From the NCBI RefSeq assembly GCF_009914755.1, contig NC_060934.1: 64,000 nt of DNA. The stretch is one strand, 5' to 3'. The DNA is from the human T2T-CHM13v2.0 reference genome, Homo sapiens. Below are positions 1-13,829 of the stretch, piece by piece; position 1 is the stretch's first letter, and each line of letters begins with the position of its first letter. The position numbers were made by a program, and so were the translations under genes. Below the pieces are notes generated by a model. That model saw nothing but the letters and a program-made list of their open reading frames with translations, made no database searches and had not been told where the DNA came from.

Positions 1-705
1 ACTATTACCTGGGTATTTATCCACTAATGAGTCACAAGAAAAGGAGTGGATTTGGTAAGAATAGAGATTTGTTTTATTTAAACCACTTCCCATTACTGAC
101 CATTAAAAGCTCACCACTAGAGTTCCTGAAACAGGTGAAACCTGTATGACAGCCCTTCCACTTTGGGGAGCCACGCTTTTGATGTGACAGTACCGCAGAG
201 TGATTCCCCCACTGAGGATGTCATCATCAAACTCTTCTTTGGTGTGTGAATTATTAGTGGAAAAGACCCAGCTGTAATTAGACCTCCACTGTGTACTTAG
301 CTGGAAGAACATGTTAATTCTGCAATATGTTTCTTGGTTAAACATTGCACAGTTCTTACCTCATTTCTGTAAATAAAGTTTTGTGAATCTGTTTTGTATT
401 GTGACAAATTCATAAGATAACATTGATATTTTGATTTGTAATATTTCTAATTGGTAGATTTAATTGAAAAGTAAAATTAATTTATTTTTATATGTTCAGG
501 GGAATTTTAAAGTCAAATCTTTTGTAGATAATTTAAAAAATCAGTGTGGTTTATTTTACTTATTTAACCCACTGGTTGTTATTCTGTAACAGTTTGTATA
601 AATGGTAAATTTTGAATGTGTTGTTATTTTACCTAGATGTAAAATTCCACATGTATTAAAATGTACAAAATGTTTTGTTAATAAAATTTAATAATGTTTA
701 TAACT
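1..705 (+). other. MLLT10: Distal 3' UTR of a convergent + strand gene, probably MLLT10 (AF10)
   Basis: AT-rich, repeat-free, with TGTA/ATTTA-type motifs and AATAAA at 372-377 and 680-685. Gene identity is inferred only from remembered tail-to-tail synteny with DNAJC1; no coding sequence is visible. Confidence 0.55.
680..685 (+). terminator. Polyadenylation signal AATAAA (distal; a proximal one lies at 372-377)
   Basis: AATAAA preceded by TGTA elements (652, 662) at the end of the AT-rich UTR-like block. Confidence 0.6.
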
Positions 706-1103
706 CCGTGCCATTCTCATTTGGAGAGGATGGAGGGGGTGCACCCATGTTGCTTCCTCAGGGAGTCTTGGCCTGTGTTTTGTGTTTGGAGCACTGGTAT
801 ATTGCCCCGGAGTTAATGGAAACTCTCATGAGCAAATGCTATACGATGTGCAAAGCATTCTGTAAAGCACTGTGCGGTACAAACCCACCTCGGGCTCAGA
901 GATCTTGGATCATCCTCAGATGAGACGGAGAGAGAAGAGGGAAACAGCCTTGGTGGAGATAAAAGGAAAACAAAGTCCTTTTAGATGAGATAATTAGAGC
1001 CCGTTGATAAAGCAGTACTCACACTTGGTAGAGAGAGATTCTTCTTCTTTATACAGTTAGCTTTAACTAGAGGCATATCCATGAAAGAGAAGCCCAATCT
1101 ACT

Positions 1104-1270
1104 TAGTGGTCTTGGGGTCTTGGTAAGCATCAGAATCACCTGTGGTGCTTTTCAAAAATATAAATGCTCAGACTTTTTATCCCAGACTTAATTGAATCAG
1201 AACATACTGATCTGTGTCAAGTGCTCCTGGTAATTAAGAGGCACATGAACAAGAAAAACTGGTCCTAGGC
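1104..1270. mobile_element. MER5-like hAT-Charlie DNA transposon relic
   Basis: Motifs 'gcatcagaatcacctg' and 'gaatcagaa' typical of MER5A/B. Confidence 0.5.
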
Positions 1271-1906
1271 TATAAACTTTATTAAGGAGTGAGTTTTGGG
1301 TTCCTGGAGAGATTTTTTTTATGCACATGAAAAATAATTACGACTCTAGAAAGTCGTCTCTTCTCCCAAGGCGAAGGATTACCTTCCCTCTAGAATGACA
1401 GGTGACTCATCCATCAACTCCTGCGAGTTTAATTCCTCAACATGTGTCCTTTGCCTTAGCTGCATGTTTGTAAGTGTCCGCTTCTGTAGCTCTCTGGCTT
1501 CCTGGAGGCTCCGGGACGTCGACCTCGTCATCCTGGGTTGCTGCCCTGCAGGGCCCTGGCAGCTGCTGGTTCACATGTGCGCCTTGTGCTCTGGGAAGGG
1601 CACTGAAGAGCTGCTGCCCTGCTAGTGGCCCTGAGCCTTGAAGAAGGTCTACACTGGCTGGTTGCCGTCTGCACTTCTGTACTTTAGTCCTGTGGATGTG
1701 CAGTCCGTGTTGTGGGTCAAGATCAAGCACTGGGCCAAGACAGAAAAGCCAAGTCGCTGTCTTACGCTGCCTACCAAGCAGAAGGGAACGATGATCCCAT
1801 AATCCTCCCAACAGGCAGGAGAGGCCCTTGGAATTGCAAGGGAGGTACCACCTTACAATGAAATGTAATTTTGCTTTCATAAGTGCGTTATGTACCTAGG
1901 TTTTAA

Positions 1907-2071
<165 letters not shown>

Positions 2072-2658
2072 TGAGTAGAAATCTCAGTGAGACAAATACT
2101 GTTCATCTTAGTTTTACTTATTGAAAATAAAACACATCAATGATACCATCTTTTCATATAAACTAGTCCTTTCAAAATGAAATAGGGGCAAACTTTTAAA
2201 ATTTGGGAGTCATTTTTAAAATAATTTTTACTTTGATAAAATTCATGTCAATTGTTTTTCCATTCCCCAATCTGTTATTTGCAACAAAGGAAATGTCTTT
2301 TTCACACCACTTACTGATTTTTGCAATTCAGTCCAGATTTATGTGAAAATGTAAGTTTCGTTTGACCGTGACTTAGGTCACAGTTCAAGTTTGGCAGGTC
2401 TCTAAGGGACAGATTCCCCACTGAGGTAAATGAATGGGGGCAACTCATCTCCCTTCCAACTGTCTCCAACATGTCTCAGCCTCAGATCCCTGGCTGCATC
2501 AAGGTCTGGAGGCCTACAGTCACATGGTTGTGGAGCAGACAAAGTGCCTATTTTCCAAGTTTGTGATCCACATCCACCTCAGGGCACTGGTGACACTTTT
2601 AGGTGTTAGAATTAACCATTTAATAAAAATTATCATGACTACTTTTTAAGAAATTTGA

Positions 2659-2974
<316 letters not shown>

Positions 2975-3435
2975 TCCTTTCATTTTTTTATAAAATGATA
3001 CATCTACAATTTTAATATTTTCTCTTTTCCTACCTGGTTGAATATACAAAGTTATGGCCTGCTTTTGCCACTTAAAGTGACAGGAAAGATCTTTGAAATC
3101 AAATTTTGTGTTTATTAAACTAATCATTTTTTAGGCCAGTTAGGCATGGCTGTCACAGCAGGAGCTGTGTAAATGATGTTCCCTTGTCTTTTAGGGGAAG
3201 GGGATCTCGGGGGATTAGGGGAGTAGGGGCAGCATAAAGGGCAGGGTTGGAGAGGACTACGCTAGTCACAAGGGATCAGGTGGGCACAGGAAATGAGGCT
3301 AGAAGAGGGCTGTGGGTTTGCAAGAAAGAGATGATTGGTGCTGTGCTGGAGTGTGGTTTCTGTAGTCCTGTGGCCACAAAAGGAAGACTGTAAATGCGCA
3401 TTAAGGCAGCAAGCAGCGTGGATAGTGCAGTGAGG

Positions 3436-3609
3436 TGCCCTCTCTACAAAACAAAGTTAGCCAGGCATGGGGTATACACCTGTAGTCCGAGCTATTCAGG
3501 AGGCCTAGGTGGGAGGATCATGTAAGCCCAAGAGGTCATGGCGGCAGTGATCATGTCACCACACTCCAGCCAGGGTGACAGAGTGAGACCTCTTCTCTTA
3601 AAAAAAAAA
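3436..3609 (+). mobile_element. AluJ right arm / FRAM
   Basis: 'ttagccaggcatgg...ctccagccagggtgacagagtgagacc' followed by an A tail. Confidence 0.8.
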
Positions 3610-3628
3610 GGGGGGGGGGCTAGCAACT

Positions 3629-3913
<285 letters not shown>

Positions 3914-4329
3914 GGCGGGGTGGGGGGATTGGCTAGCAAGGTGCAGAGTGGGTGAATTCGGGAAAGGCAGATGGGAGAAGGGAGAAGGTGGGTATCAGGA
4001 GACAAGTGTGTTATTTCTAGATCTGGGTCCAAATATTCCAGATGAGCTCACTGCCTCTTCTCTGGCCTGCTTTTTGCTGCACACTCCCAAATTCCATGAG
4101 GTTGAATTTTCAGGTTTTGTTCACAACTGTTGGTTTACTTCAGGTACAACCAGAGCTAGGCCTTTGGTTGGTGAGGACTCCAGCGCCCCACCCTCCAGGT
4201 GAGCCACCAGTGTGGCCACCACCCTTGTCTACTTTCAATGGGAGAGCCATGTCCTCCGAGTGTGGACAGTTGGCAGAGGGTGTTCCCAAGGATGCTGAGC
4301 TAGGCATCATGTCAAGCCCTTCACCTGCT

Positions 4330-4475
4330 TTGCCTCACCTCCGCTTCACACAACTCTGTGAGGGCTGTTTTGTCTCCCCCATTTTGCAAATTAGGAAGTT
4401 GAGTACCTTAGGAAGATACAGTCACATAGCTGCCAAAATGTGAATTGGTGCAATTAAGAACAAGAATGATCTGAG
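4330..4475 (-). mobile_element. MIR fragment
   Basis: Degenerate MIR core 'cccattttgcaaattaggaagttgag...gtcacatagct'. Confidence 0.5.
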
Positions 4476-5674
4476 GCAGGTAAAGTGGCAGCACCCCTTG
4501 ACGCTCTTAAAGCCCCTCCCGACTCAGAGTTCCTAAGGAGTGGCGGAGGCTGGGATGCCTCTTCAAGATTGAGGCCTCTCGGGGTGTGGGCTCGGCCCAT
4601 CCATCCAGCACTGGCTCCCAGCACAATTCCACCCATTGCTGTGCACCCCAGCAAAACCCAGCCATGCTGTTCTTGAACATACCATGTCCCTGACATCCCT
4701 GTGCCTTTCCCAGGCATCACTGGTAACTAGAATCATAAAGGCCTGGACATGGCTATGGCTGGAGTTTGAGCTGTCCCTGGCTCTGCATTCATTCATAGTC
4801 TTTCCAAGGGGTGTAGGGGTGTGCGAGCCTTTGCCTGGGTGCAGACTGGAAAGGAACTAAGGAAGAAACCAGAGACCCCTCGGTGGACCTGTGCATTGAA
4901 CTGGTTTGGGGAATTCAGGTGAGATTATGTGAGACGACTGGAGAAGACAGACAAGTTGGAATCCCCCGCAAAAAAGCTAGGGAGGCTTCAACCTCCTGGA
5001 GGCTTTTAGGGAAAAGGAATTCACCTTTTCTAAGGCCCTAGCTCCAGGCGAGCTGCTTTCTCCAACTCCCTGGGAGGGATTCTTACCCTCCAGCTTATTG
5101 GAGAGGAGACCACACAGGCAGGTTGCCATACCTCTGCTCTGGCTCTTTTGGACATGAGGGAAGCACCATAGCTCCCTGAATAGAGTGGAGGATTCTGCCG
5201 GGGTTTAGAGCAAAGGGCTCTGGAACCACCAAGCTGACCCTCACCAGACCCCTACAGAGGGGGGCAGTTGAAGTCACTGGGGTGGGAGAAGGGTGAAGAC
5301 AAGGAAGAAGACTGCAGACTTTGGGGACACCAAGACTAACAAAGCAAAAGATGAAACATCTGGACAGGAATCTGAGGAGCCGCCAGGGGAACTCTTGGTT
5401 TGATTTACATCCATTTCACTCCAGAATGTGAGGCTGTAGAAAGCTGGAAGATGTCATATACCACCTTCAGGATTAAAGGGGTAAGGTCAAGCCTGAAATC
5501 ACCTTTTGGACATGGTACTTAGGTATTTGGTGACATGAACAGGAGCAGCTTTGGTGGCGGGAAGAGAGGTACAGGAGTCAGATGACAAGGGGCTAAAAGG
5601 TAGGAGGCAGTGTCTAAGGCTCCCAACGTGTGCCCTTAAATACTTGATTGTACAATGAGGTTGTATCAAACCAG

Positions 5675-6120
5675 TGTCAGTTCACCTTGCTTTAACAAAG
5701 TGCCATAATCTGGCCGGGTGTGGAGGCTCACGTCTGTAATCCCAGGACTTTGGGAGTCCAAGGCAGGAGGTTCACTGGAGGTCAGGAGTTGGAGGCTGCA
5801 GCTATGATCACTCCACTGCACTCCAGCCTGGGTAAGACCAGGACCCTGTCTCAATGACATAATTTTTTAAAAAATGCTGTAGTCTGGGTGGCTTATATAC
5901 AACAAATATATTTCTCCCCGTCAGTGAGGCTCTGTTCCAGAGGCAGAAGGCCAACTCACTCGGAAGGGGGCAACTCTGCTCTCTGGCCTCCCATTCATGG
6001 GGGCTCCACCCTCCTGATCTAATTATCTCCAAAGGCCCCACCTTCTGATCCCATCTCCTTCGAGGTTGGGGTTTCGACACATGACCTTGCTGAGGGGAGA
6101 CAGATATTCAGTCCATTGCA
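5675..6120 (-). mobile_element. MaLR solo LTR (MLT1A-like), interrupted by an Alu monomer at 5712-5854
   Basis: TG...CA ends, 5-bp TSD ACCAG (5670-5674 / 6121-6125), and MLT1A motifs 'ctgggtggcttata' and 'ctccaaaggccccacct'. Confidence 0.75.
5712..5854 (+). mobile_element. Alu monomer (FAM-like or left/right-arm recombinant)
   Basis: A left-arm 5' end runs directly into a right-arm 3' end. Confidence 0.8.
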
Positions 6121-6529
6121 ACCAGTGAAAAAAGAAGTTACCTCATGGTTTGCAGCAAACTCAACGGCATCTTCATTTTGGTAGTACCTTCCAAAGTTTA
6201 AAATTAAAGCATGAAATTCAATTTGTGCTGATCAGGTTTGTTTTCCTTCAAACTCTGATGACTGCATCTGGGGTTTCTCACTTGGCTCCCGTAACAAGCA
6301 GATGGATGAATTAGGGGATTCCATCTTGGTAGCACTGCCACCTTGCTGGTTCCCCAGGGCTCCTCCAGAGCAGGCAAGGTCGGGTGCTCTCTGCAGCTAA
6401 GTTGCCCGCGTACATTGAATTGCTGAACAAAACAGGGTCCCATTTGCTTTGCAGGCTCTTAGCCTCATGCAGTGGTTCTTCCTGGCTGGCCAGTAGAATC
6501 ACCTGGACATCAGCACCTTCATGCGGTGA

Positions 6530-6837
<308 letters not shown>

Positions 6838-8036
6838 TGCAACCAATTTTTAAATTCTAGTTTTTAACAGAACAGGACAGACATAATTGTAGCCAAAGAA
6901 CAAATTTCCAATAGTGATTGTTTTAAGCCAAGCCTCTTAAAAAGGGAAAATAGCTGTGGTCAAATATGTCAAGATATCTACTGTTTAACTGCAGTGATAT
7001 CTAACTTTGTGAAACCAAGATTGGAACCAAAATGACAGTATAAGCAATGAGACATTTTATCTTACATTTCACAAGGTATTTCTTTTTGAGTAATAACAAA
7101 AGCAAACATGACCGAGATGGCTCACTTTCCTTTATGACTGAGGCCACAGTAAATCATACAGCGACCCTACTGTTGCCCCCAAAATCTGTCAATTTCATTT
7201 TGTAAACGGTATACTTTTTAAACTGTATGACCCACAGATGAAGTTTATTGCAGTAAACTCACGTAATAATCCAGGAAATACTGACCCGAGGACGCTCTTG
7301 GTTTGGGGCCATTCCTGACAAGGCTGTGAGGGCAAGAGGCCCCCACTGTAAGCGACCCTGGCCTGGCTCCCACCCCACGTCTCAAACTCAGGAGTGAGGT
7401 TACAAAGGGAGTCCCCCGACTAGAGGGAAACACTATGCGTGTTTCAGCCCAATATTTGGAAGTCGGATTTGTTTTAGAAAATACCAACATCTGTTTTTAC
7501 CAAATGACTAACCTTGTCTAGTTGCAGTCACGCAAGCCGCACGCCAAAGTCTCGCCTCTCCTCAGCCTCCACAGCCAACTCCTGGTCTTAAAGGCCTGAG
7601 CCCAGGTGCTGGTCCGTGGCTGGGAGCGGGAGGCCTGCAGCACAGGTGCCGGTGCACGTAGTTGCAGAAGATCCTGCCAGGCTGGGCACTGACTCAGGTG
7701 TCTCTGGAGCTCAGCCATTCTCTGAGGCAGGTGGGTCTTCACGAGGGCTGGGGCGGGACCAGGACTCACCCCTACCCTGGGGCTTTCTAAACCAAAGCAA
7801 GACAATGGAAATCTCCGCACTATCCTTCCTCTCTGGGGAGTTCAGCGCCCCTCTGAAAATCTGCAGGCATTTGGGATGGGCCACCTGTTAGCAATGCCCC
7901 ATAAGACAGGAAGGCCGCATTACGTAGCACCCAGGCTGGGTGTCCTGGGCCCCAGGGAACACATGGCCTCCCTGTATGCACAGAACATGATTTAAACCGT
8001 GCCATTTAAACTTCAGGAACAAGCCTAACTGCCAAA

Positions 8037-8038
<2 letters not shown>

Positions 8039-8067
<29 letters not shown>
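8039..8067 (+). repeat. (AAC)n microsatellite
   Basis: About 9 perfect AAC units. Confidence 0.95.
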
Positions 8068-8068
<1 letters not shown>

Positions 8069-8443
8069 ATACCCTAGAAAATTAAGTTGGGATGAAATAT
8101 TTGATAGAGCTTTAGTTCTCTACTTGGAGAGGAGTTTGGGGGAGTGTGACTGGCATATATCAAGAAGAAGCCCTGCAGCAAGAGGCATTTTTTAAAGTGT
8201 CTGAAAACATTGACAGTGGGAAGCTTATTATAAGAGGTCTTATTCTAAAACTGCAAAGGCAATTTGAGAATACTCCAGTGGAAGACTAAACCCACAGTCT
8301 GCAACACTCAGGGTGTTTGCCAAGCACGTGTGGACCAATTGAAAACAAACTCCTAGGCAGTTCCCAAAGCAAATTCTGCAGATGAATCGGATGATTTGGT
8401 GAAAATCTAAGTAAGCTGGTCCACTGATGAAAAACCTCCTTCC

Positions 8444-8838
8444 TTGCATGCGCGTCCGTGTGAAGAGCCCACTAAACAGGCTTTGTGTGAGCAATAAAGC
8501 TTTTAATCACCTGGGTGCAGGCGGGCTGAGTCAGCGAAGGGAGATAAGGGAGATAAGGGTGGGGCCGTTTTATAGGATTTAGGTAGGTAAAGGAAAATTA
8601 CAGTCAAAGGGGATTGTTCTCTGGCGGGCTGGAGTGGGGGTTGCAAGGTGCTCAGTGGGGGAGCTTTTTGAGCCAGGATGAACCAGGAAAAGGACTTTCA
8701 CAAGATAATGTCATCAGTTAAGGCTGGGCAGGGCATTTTCACTTCTTTTGTGATTCTTCAGTTACTTCAGGCCACCTGGGCGTATACGTCCAAGTCACAG
8801 AGGATGCGATGGCTTGGCTTGGGCTCAGAGGCCTGACA
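8444..8838 (-). mobile_element. Solo LTR7 (HERV-H LTR)
   Basis: The reverse complement begins TGTCAGGCCTCTGAGCCCAAGCCAAGCCATCGCATC, contains a TATA box (CCTATAAAA) and ATTAAA, and ends ...ACACGGACGCGCATGCAA. Perfect 5-bp TSD CTTCC at 8439-8443 / 8839-8843. Confidence 0.93.
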
Positions 8839-8953
8839 CTTCCCACCCCAACTTTTCCTAATAAGGCATTCTAAGGCCGTGCACGGGGAGCTCTTGCACA
8901 CCTGGGGAAGAACGTGGCTTGGCTGCACATCCCAAACATTCCTGACCCTCTGT

Positions 8954-8981
8954 GGGCGGGGGGGGGGGGGGGGGGCGGGGG
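8954..8981 (+). repeat. Poly-G tract (G-quadruplex-capable)
   Basis: gggc(g)18cggggg. Confidence 0.85.
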
Positions 8982-9984
8982 CAGAACCCCCATTAAGGAT
9001 AAGTAAGACAACAGGTGAGTGTGCTTCGAAAACTGGCGCTATAAATGGTTTGAAGAAATAGTAGCACTGAGATTTCTGCCCCAGTGGGGAGAGAGAATTT
9101 AAACCACTAAAGGATAAGAGACTCGGGTATCCAGGAGGATGAGGGCAGTGCCCCCTCGCCTGGTGTCATGCCTGGGAGTATACCCTGCTGCTCTGCGCTC
9201 TGCGGGGCTGAGTGGGGTGGGGGCTGCAGATAGCCTCCCTCCCTCCACTCCTCCCCCAGCCGCTCCCGTGCCCTCCTGCAGCCCTCAGAACCACAGCCCT
9301 CTCCATGGCCTTGGTCCCTGATCCTTCCCCATAGTCTTCACCTACGATTCAGACGTGGGTCTTCCGATCCAAACTCTGCCCTTAAACCACACCTGAGGAA
9401 GAAAAGGAGACCAGGCTGAGGTCAGCCCTAGGGAAGAAACGTCCCTACTCAGTGGCAAGAGGAGGAGCACAAGATGGGGGCAGAGCCGAGAGGGGCCCCG
9501 AGTGTGAAGGGCTTTCCGAGAGCAGCTCGCTGCCCCTCAGATATTAGCACCTGCATTCTGTGGACAGGAAATGAGCCCCAGAGAGGGGCTAATATCACTT
9601 GCCCAGGCCCCAGGTCATCAGCAGCAGAGCTGCTGCCTGAGGTCCAGTCTAAGGTTCTCCTGTGCACCACATGGGCCCTCCTGGGGCCGTGTCAGGAGAA
9701 ATGTCACCGTACAGGCTGTGAGCCTTTTTGGGTGAGAGGCCCTTGGGGCACGCAGTGAAAGATGTGGACCCTCTCCCCAGAAACGTACACACCCAAGATA
9801 GAATGATTTTGCAAGCCCTTTGCAGGGTCCCCGGGAGTGCACGGAGTGACCCAGGCCCCTAGGCCCCGGGCTGGGATTCTCGCCCCCACGGGCAGGAGAT
9901 GGAAGGAGTTTGACTCTGGCCCATCAGCGCTGCTGTGGCCATCGCCACGCAGAGACGATGGTGACAGGAAGCCAGGCTGTCAGA

Positions 9985-10200
9985 AATAATATTGTTTCTG
10001 CCAAGCCAGGCACTGCGTTAGAAAGACTTCACACAGATTATCTCACTTTATCATCCTAACAACCTAAGCGGCAGCTGCCATTATTCTCTATTTTCCCAGA
10101 TGAGGAACTGAGGCATAGTAGTAAAACAACACACCTGATGTCACCCAGCTTCGCGGACAGTGGGAGAGCCAGCGCCCCCCAGCTCCAGTCAGGTCTCACT
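9985..10200 (-). mobile_element. MIR
   Basis: MIR core 'cagatgaggaactgaggca'. Confidence 0.7.
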
Positions 10201-10582
10201 CCCTGCAACACGAGCAAATGGACATGGCCATGGGGGCGAGGACTGGGGGGCCTGCCGAGGAGCTGGAGCCATGGGGTCCCCAGAAGTAGAGGCCTAGAGG
10301 CAGCACCGGTACCCACTGCACCTCAGGGCTGCTCGGTGACCGCTCTCAGGGCAGCCCTGGGCTGTTCTCAAGATCAACTTCACCCTCAGGAGACTAAGTT
10401 ATGCCCAGCTGAGGATGTTCACAAGGACACACTGCAGGCCCTAGAGGCAATACCCCTGGAGAGGCTCCAGGCCCACGGAGGACGTGGCGGGCCGGTGAGC
10501 AGCCCAGGGCCCTGGGCCCAGGGTGGACTGGGGTTTGCCCTCCCACCTGGGACATTCCAGGTTCACGTTTTCTCAGGTCTCA

Positions 10583-10999
<417 letters not shown>

Positions 11000-12002
11000 T
11001 CAGTGGGCAGGGTGAGGTGGCTTGGGAGGACACGGGTCTGGGAGTGGGAGAGGAGAAGGGGCACGGTGGGGCTGTCACGTGGCTGGTGGATGTGCCACGT
11101 CCCCACATGCATTCAGCACATTCCCTCTCGAGGATCCTCGCTCTCCTGCTGTGACCCGGGGTGGCAGCTGTCATCTGTCTGTGTACAGAGCTGTGCTCTG
11201 AGAGCTGGGAGCCCACACGAGTCCTGCCCAGCCTCTGACCCTGGCCTCCCCCGCAAAACCCCCCACCCCATCCTACTTCAACTGACTCCTTGGCCTCCAG
11301 AGCCCCCCGAGGGGATACCATGGGCAGCAGGCCTTTCCTGGCAGGCAGAGACAGGCAGCAGAAAACCACACTAGCACCTCACTCTCTCAAGGCAGCTGGA
11401 GAAGATGAGGACAGGGTGAGTTGAGGGGTTCCAGCAACTCAATTTCCTAAAGCACCTCTGGACCCCCCACGGGCCTCTCCCGCAGAAAGCCCAGGAAACT
11501 TATAACTGGGCTCTGGGGTGTGTGTGAGAGGAACCCAATTCAGGGTGCTGTAAGTGAAAAGGATGACTTAATGGCAGAACGCTCACAGAGTGTCCTGTGT
11601 TGTGTAACAGGCCTGAGGCTGGGCTCAGAGACCAGAGGGGCCCCCAGCCTGGCATATGGCCAGGACGATCCTCCCCTCTCCCTGTCCCTCTCCAGGAACC
11701 GGCTTCCTTCTCAGATGTGTCACTCACATGTAGCCACTGTGACTGCACAGCAGTCACCTCATGGCCCCCCAGCTGGAGGACAGAGTTCTGGGGAAGACTC
11801 GGATTCCCGTGACTAGCCTGGCTTTGGGTTGTTACAGGAAGACAGTGAGCACCACTGGAGCCAGATGACTGTGCCTGTCCCCTGTCCCCACCTGGCCAGA
11901 CAGGCACCACTTCCCTGTCCCTGCTGGCTGAGGCTGATGGAAGCTGCTGCTCCCTGACTCAGGCAGTTCTGTGCAAACCAGACCGTGGAGACGGTGGCTG
12001 GT

Positions 12003-12640
12003 ACAGGCTGAGCATCCCTAACCCCAAATCCAAGATCCGAAATGCTCTCAAGATCCAAATTTTTGGAGTGCCAACGTGACGCCACCAGTGGAAAATTTCA
12101 CACCTGACGCCTCTGCTTTCCAATGGTTCAGCAAATAAACTTTGTTTCTTGCACAAAATTATTAAAAATATTGCATAAAATTACCTTCAGGTTGTGTGCA
12201 TACAGTATATGTCAAACATAATGGACGTCTGTAATCCCAGCACTTTGGGAGGCCAAGGCGGGAGGATCACTTGAGATCAGGAGTTCGAGACCAGCCTGGG
12301 TAACATGACAAAACCCCATCTCTACTAAAAATACAAAAATTAGCTGGGTGTGGTGGCACGTGCCTGTAATTCCAGCTACTCAGGAGACCGAGGCAGGAGA
12401 ATCGCTTGAACCTGGGAGGCGGAGGTTGCAGTCTACCGAGATCGTACCACTGCACTCCAGCCTGGATGACAGAGCGAGACTCTGTCTCCAAAAACAAACA
12501 AACAAACAACAAAGAACGTGGTGTTTAGATTTGGGTCCCATCCCTGAGCCAACTTATTATGTATATGTAAATATTCCAAAATCAGAAAAAAAATATGCGA
12601 AATCTGAAACTTGTCTCAAAAATTTTGGAAGAGGGCTTGC
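12003..12640. mobile_element. Tigger4/MER46-family DNA transposon, split by an Alu
   Basis: TIR 'tacaggctgagcatccctaa' and internal 'gtggaaaatttcacacctgac'; the element resumes after the Alu with 'gtgtttagatttgggtcccatccc'. Confidence 0.75.
12226..12512 (+). mobile_element. AluS, slightly 5'-truncated, with (AAAC)n tail
   Basis: Alu dimer sequence. Confidence 0.95.
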
Positions 12641-13609
12641 AATGTGCTGTTTTTTCACTTTTCCGCTGCTCTTTTTGGGATGAGGGAGTTGGGTATGAGG
12701 TGTAAGTTCCCTACGTCTGCTCGGCCTGAGACCTGAGGCAGCCTCTGTCACCTCCTGTCAGGGAAAGGGCTGGGGACTTACCTGGTTCCACGTCCTCTGT
12801 ATAGAAAGAAGCTTGCACTGCAGAGTGGGGATCTCTGCCACCCAAACTTTCCTCCAGGAAACTGTACCCTCACTTTACTCCTTAGGGAATATGACGTCTT
12901 TAAGATATTTTATCAAATCACGTCCCTTAACTGTGTTCTGGTTATCTTCATGATTTTCAAGTTTAGGCAAGCTGTGTTCATCACACTATTTCCACGCCCT
13001 GAGCAAATGACAGAAGATTTAAAAGGAGCGCTCAGCTGACAGTGACAGTTCAAACATAGCATGAAAGACTTCGACAGAAAGTAATAGTATAAAATAGTGA
13101 TTTTTAACTTAGGTATGAAAAAACGGTCCCAATTTCATCATTTCCTGAAAACGGTCCTGCATGTTCTCTGGAAATTCTATCAGGTGGGAACACATTTCTA
13201 TCAAGCAGCTCAAACTTAGAGTGTATTACCTTATGTCCTCCTTCACCTAGACTGTTTTTTTTCCCTAGATATATTTAACTAATTAAGATAATCTCACATT
13301 GTTCTTAGCCAGCCAGCTGGATACCAACCTGGTTTTCTTCCTCCCCAAGCAATTGATCTTGCTATTCAACCCCCAATAAAGACACGAACTGCTGTGTTCT
13401 TTGGTCGTGGTTTTAGAGAAACATTAAATTTGAATTCTTACACATTAGTTTGTTCACATGTTCCTTCAAAACCACATATTTTTGCCTGATCATTAGAAAG
13501 CACTATTTGTTTATTCCCTAAGAAAGTACACTTTGAAGTGATGAGAAATAAAATAATCTGCAACATACCCAAATCCTTTTTCCCCCAGCACAGTATTTGT
13601 TTAAACAGT

Positions 13610-13760
13610 ATAGCACAACACTCATCTTTTATTTATTTATTATTTTTTTTTACTAAGGCACATGACGTAGAAATATTGAGGTACAAAATGCAAATTTCTG
13701 CATAAGATTTTTAAGATATTCATTTTGGAAAATGAAGGTGAACATCATCTCCCAGAATAT
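13610..13760 (-). other. DNAJC1: DNAJC1 3' UTR with overlapping AATAAA signals (13628-13641)
   Basis: Follows the TGA stop; three overlapping 'tttatt' on the + strand. Another lies at 13510-13515, so the exact end is uncertain. Confidence 0.7.
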
Positions 13761-13829
13761 TCAGCTTTTAGCTTGTTTTTTCTTTTGGACCAGTTCAACC
13801 AGCAACTTGTACCTAGCGATACAGTCTTC
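13761..13829 (-). CDS. DNAJC1: DNAJC1 terminal coding exon: EDCIARYKLLVELVQKKKQAKS* (end of SANT2)
   Basis: Polypyrimidine tract plus cag acceptor, phase 0, in frame with the upstream exon; TGA at 13763-13761. Confidence 0.96.
   Translation of the reverse strand, partial: EDCIARYKLLVELVQKKKQAKS

Noticed and set aside
1437-1880. 147-aa minus-strand ORF in GC-rich unique sequence
   Set aside because: No recognisable domain or splice context; this length is expected by chance at this GC content.
5245-5275. Possible CTCF site (agaggggggcag)
   Set aside because: The 5' half of the motif does not match; it cannot be supported without a PWM scan or ChIP data.
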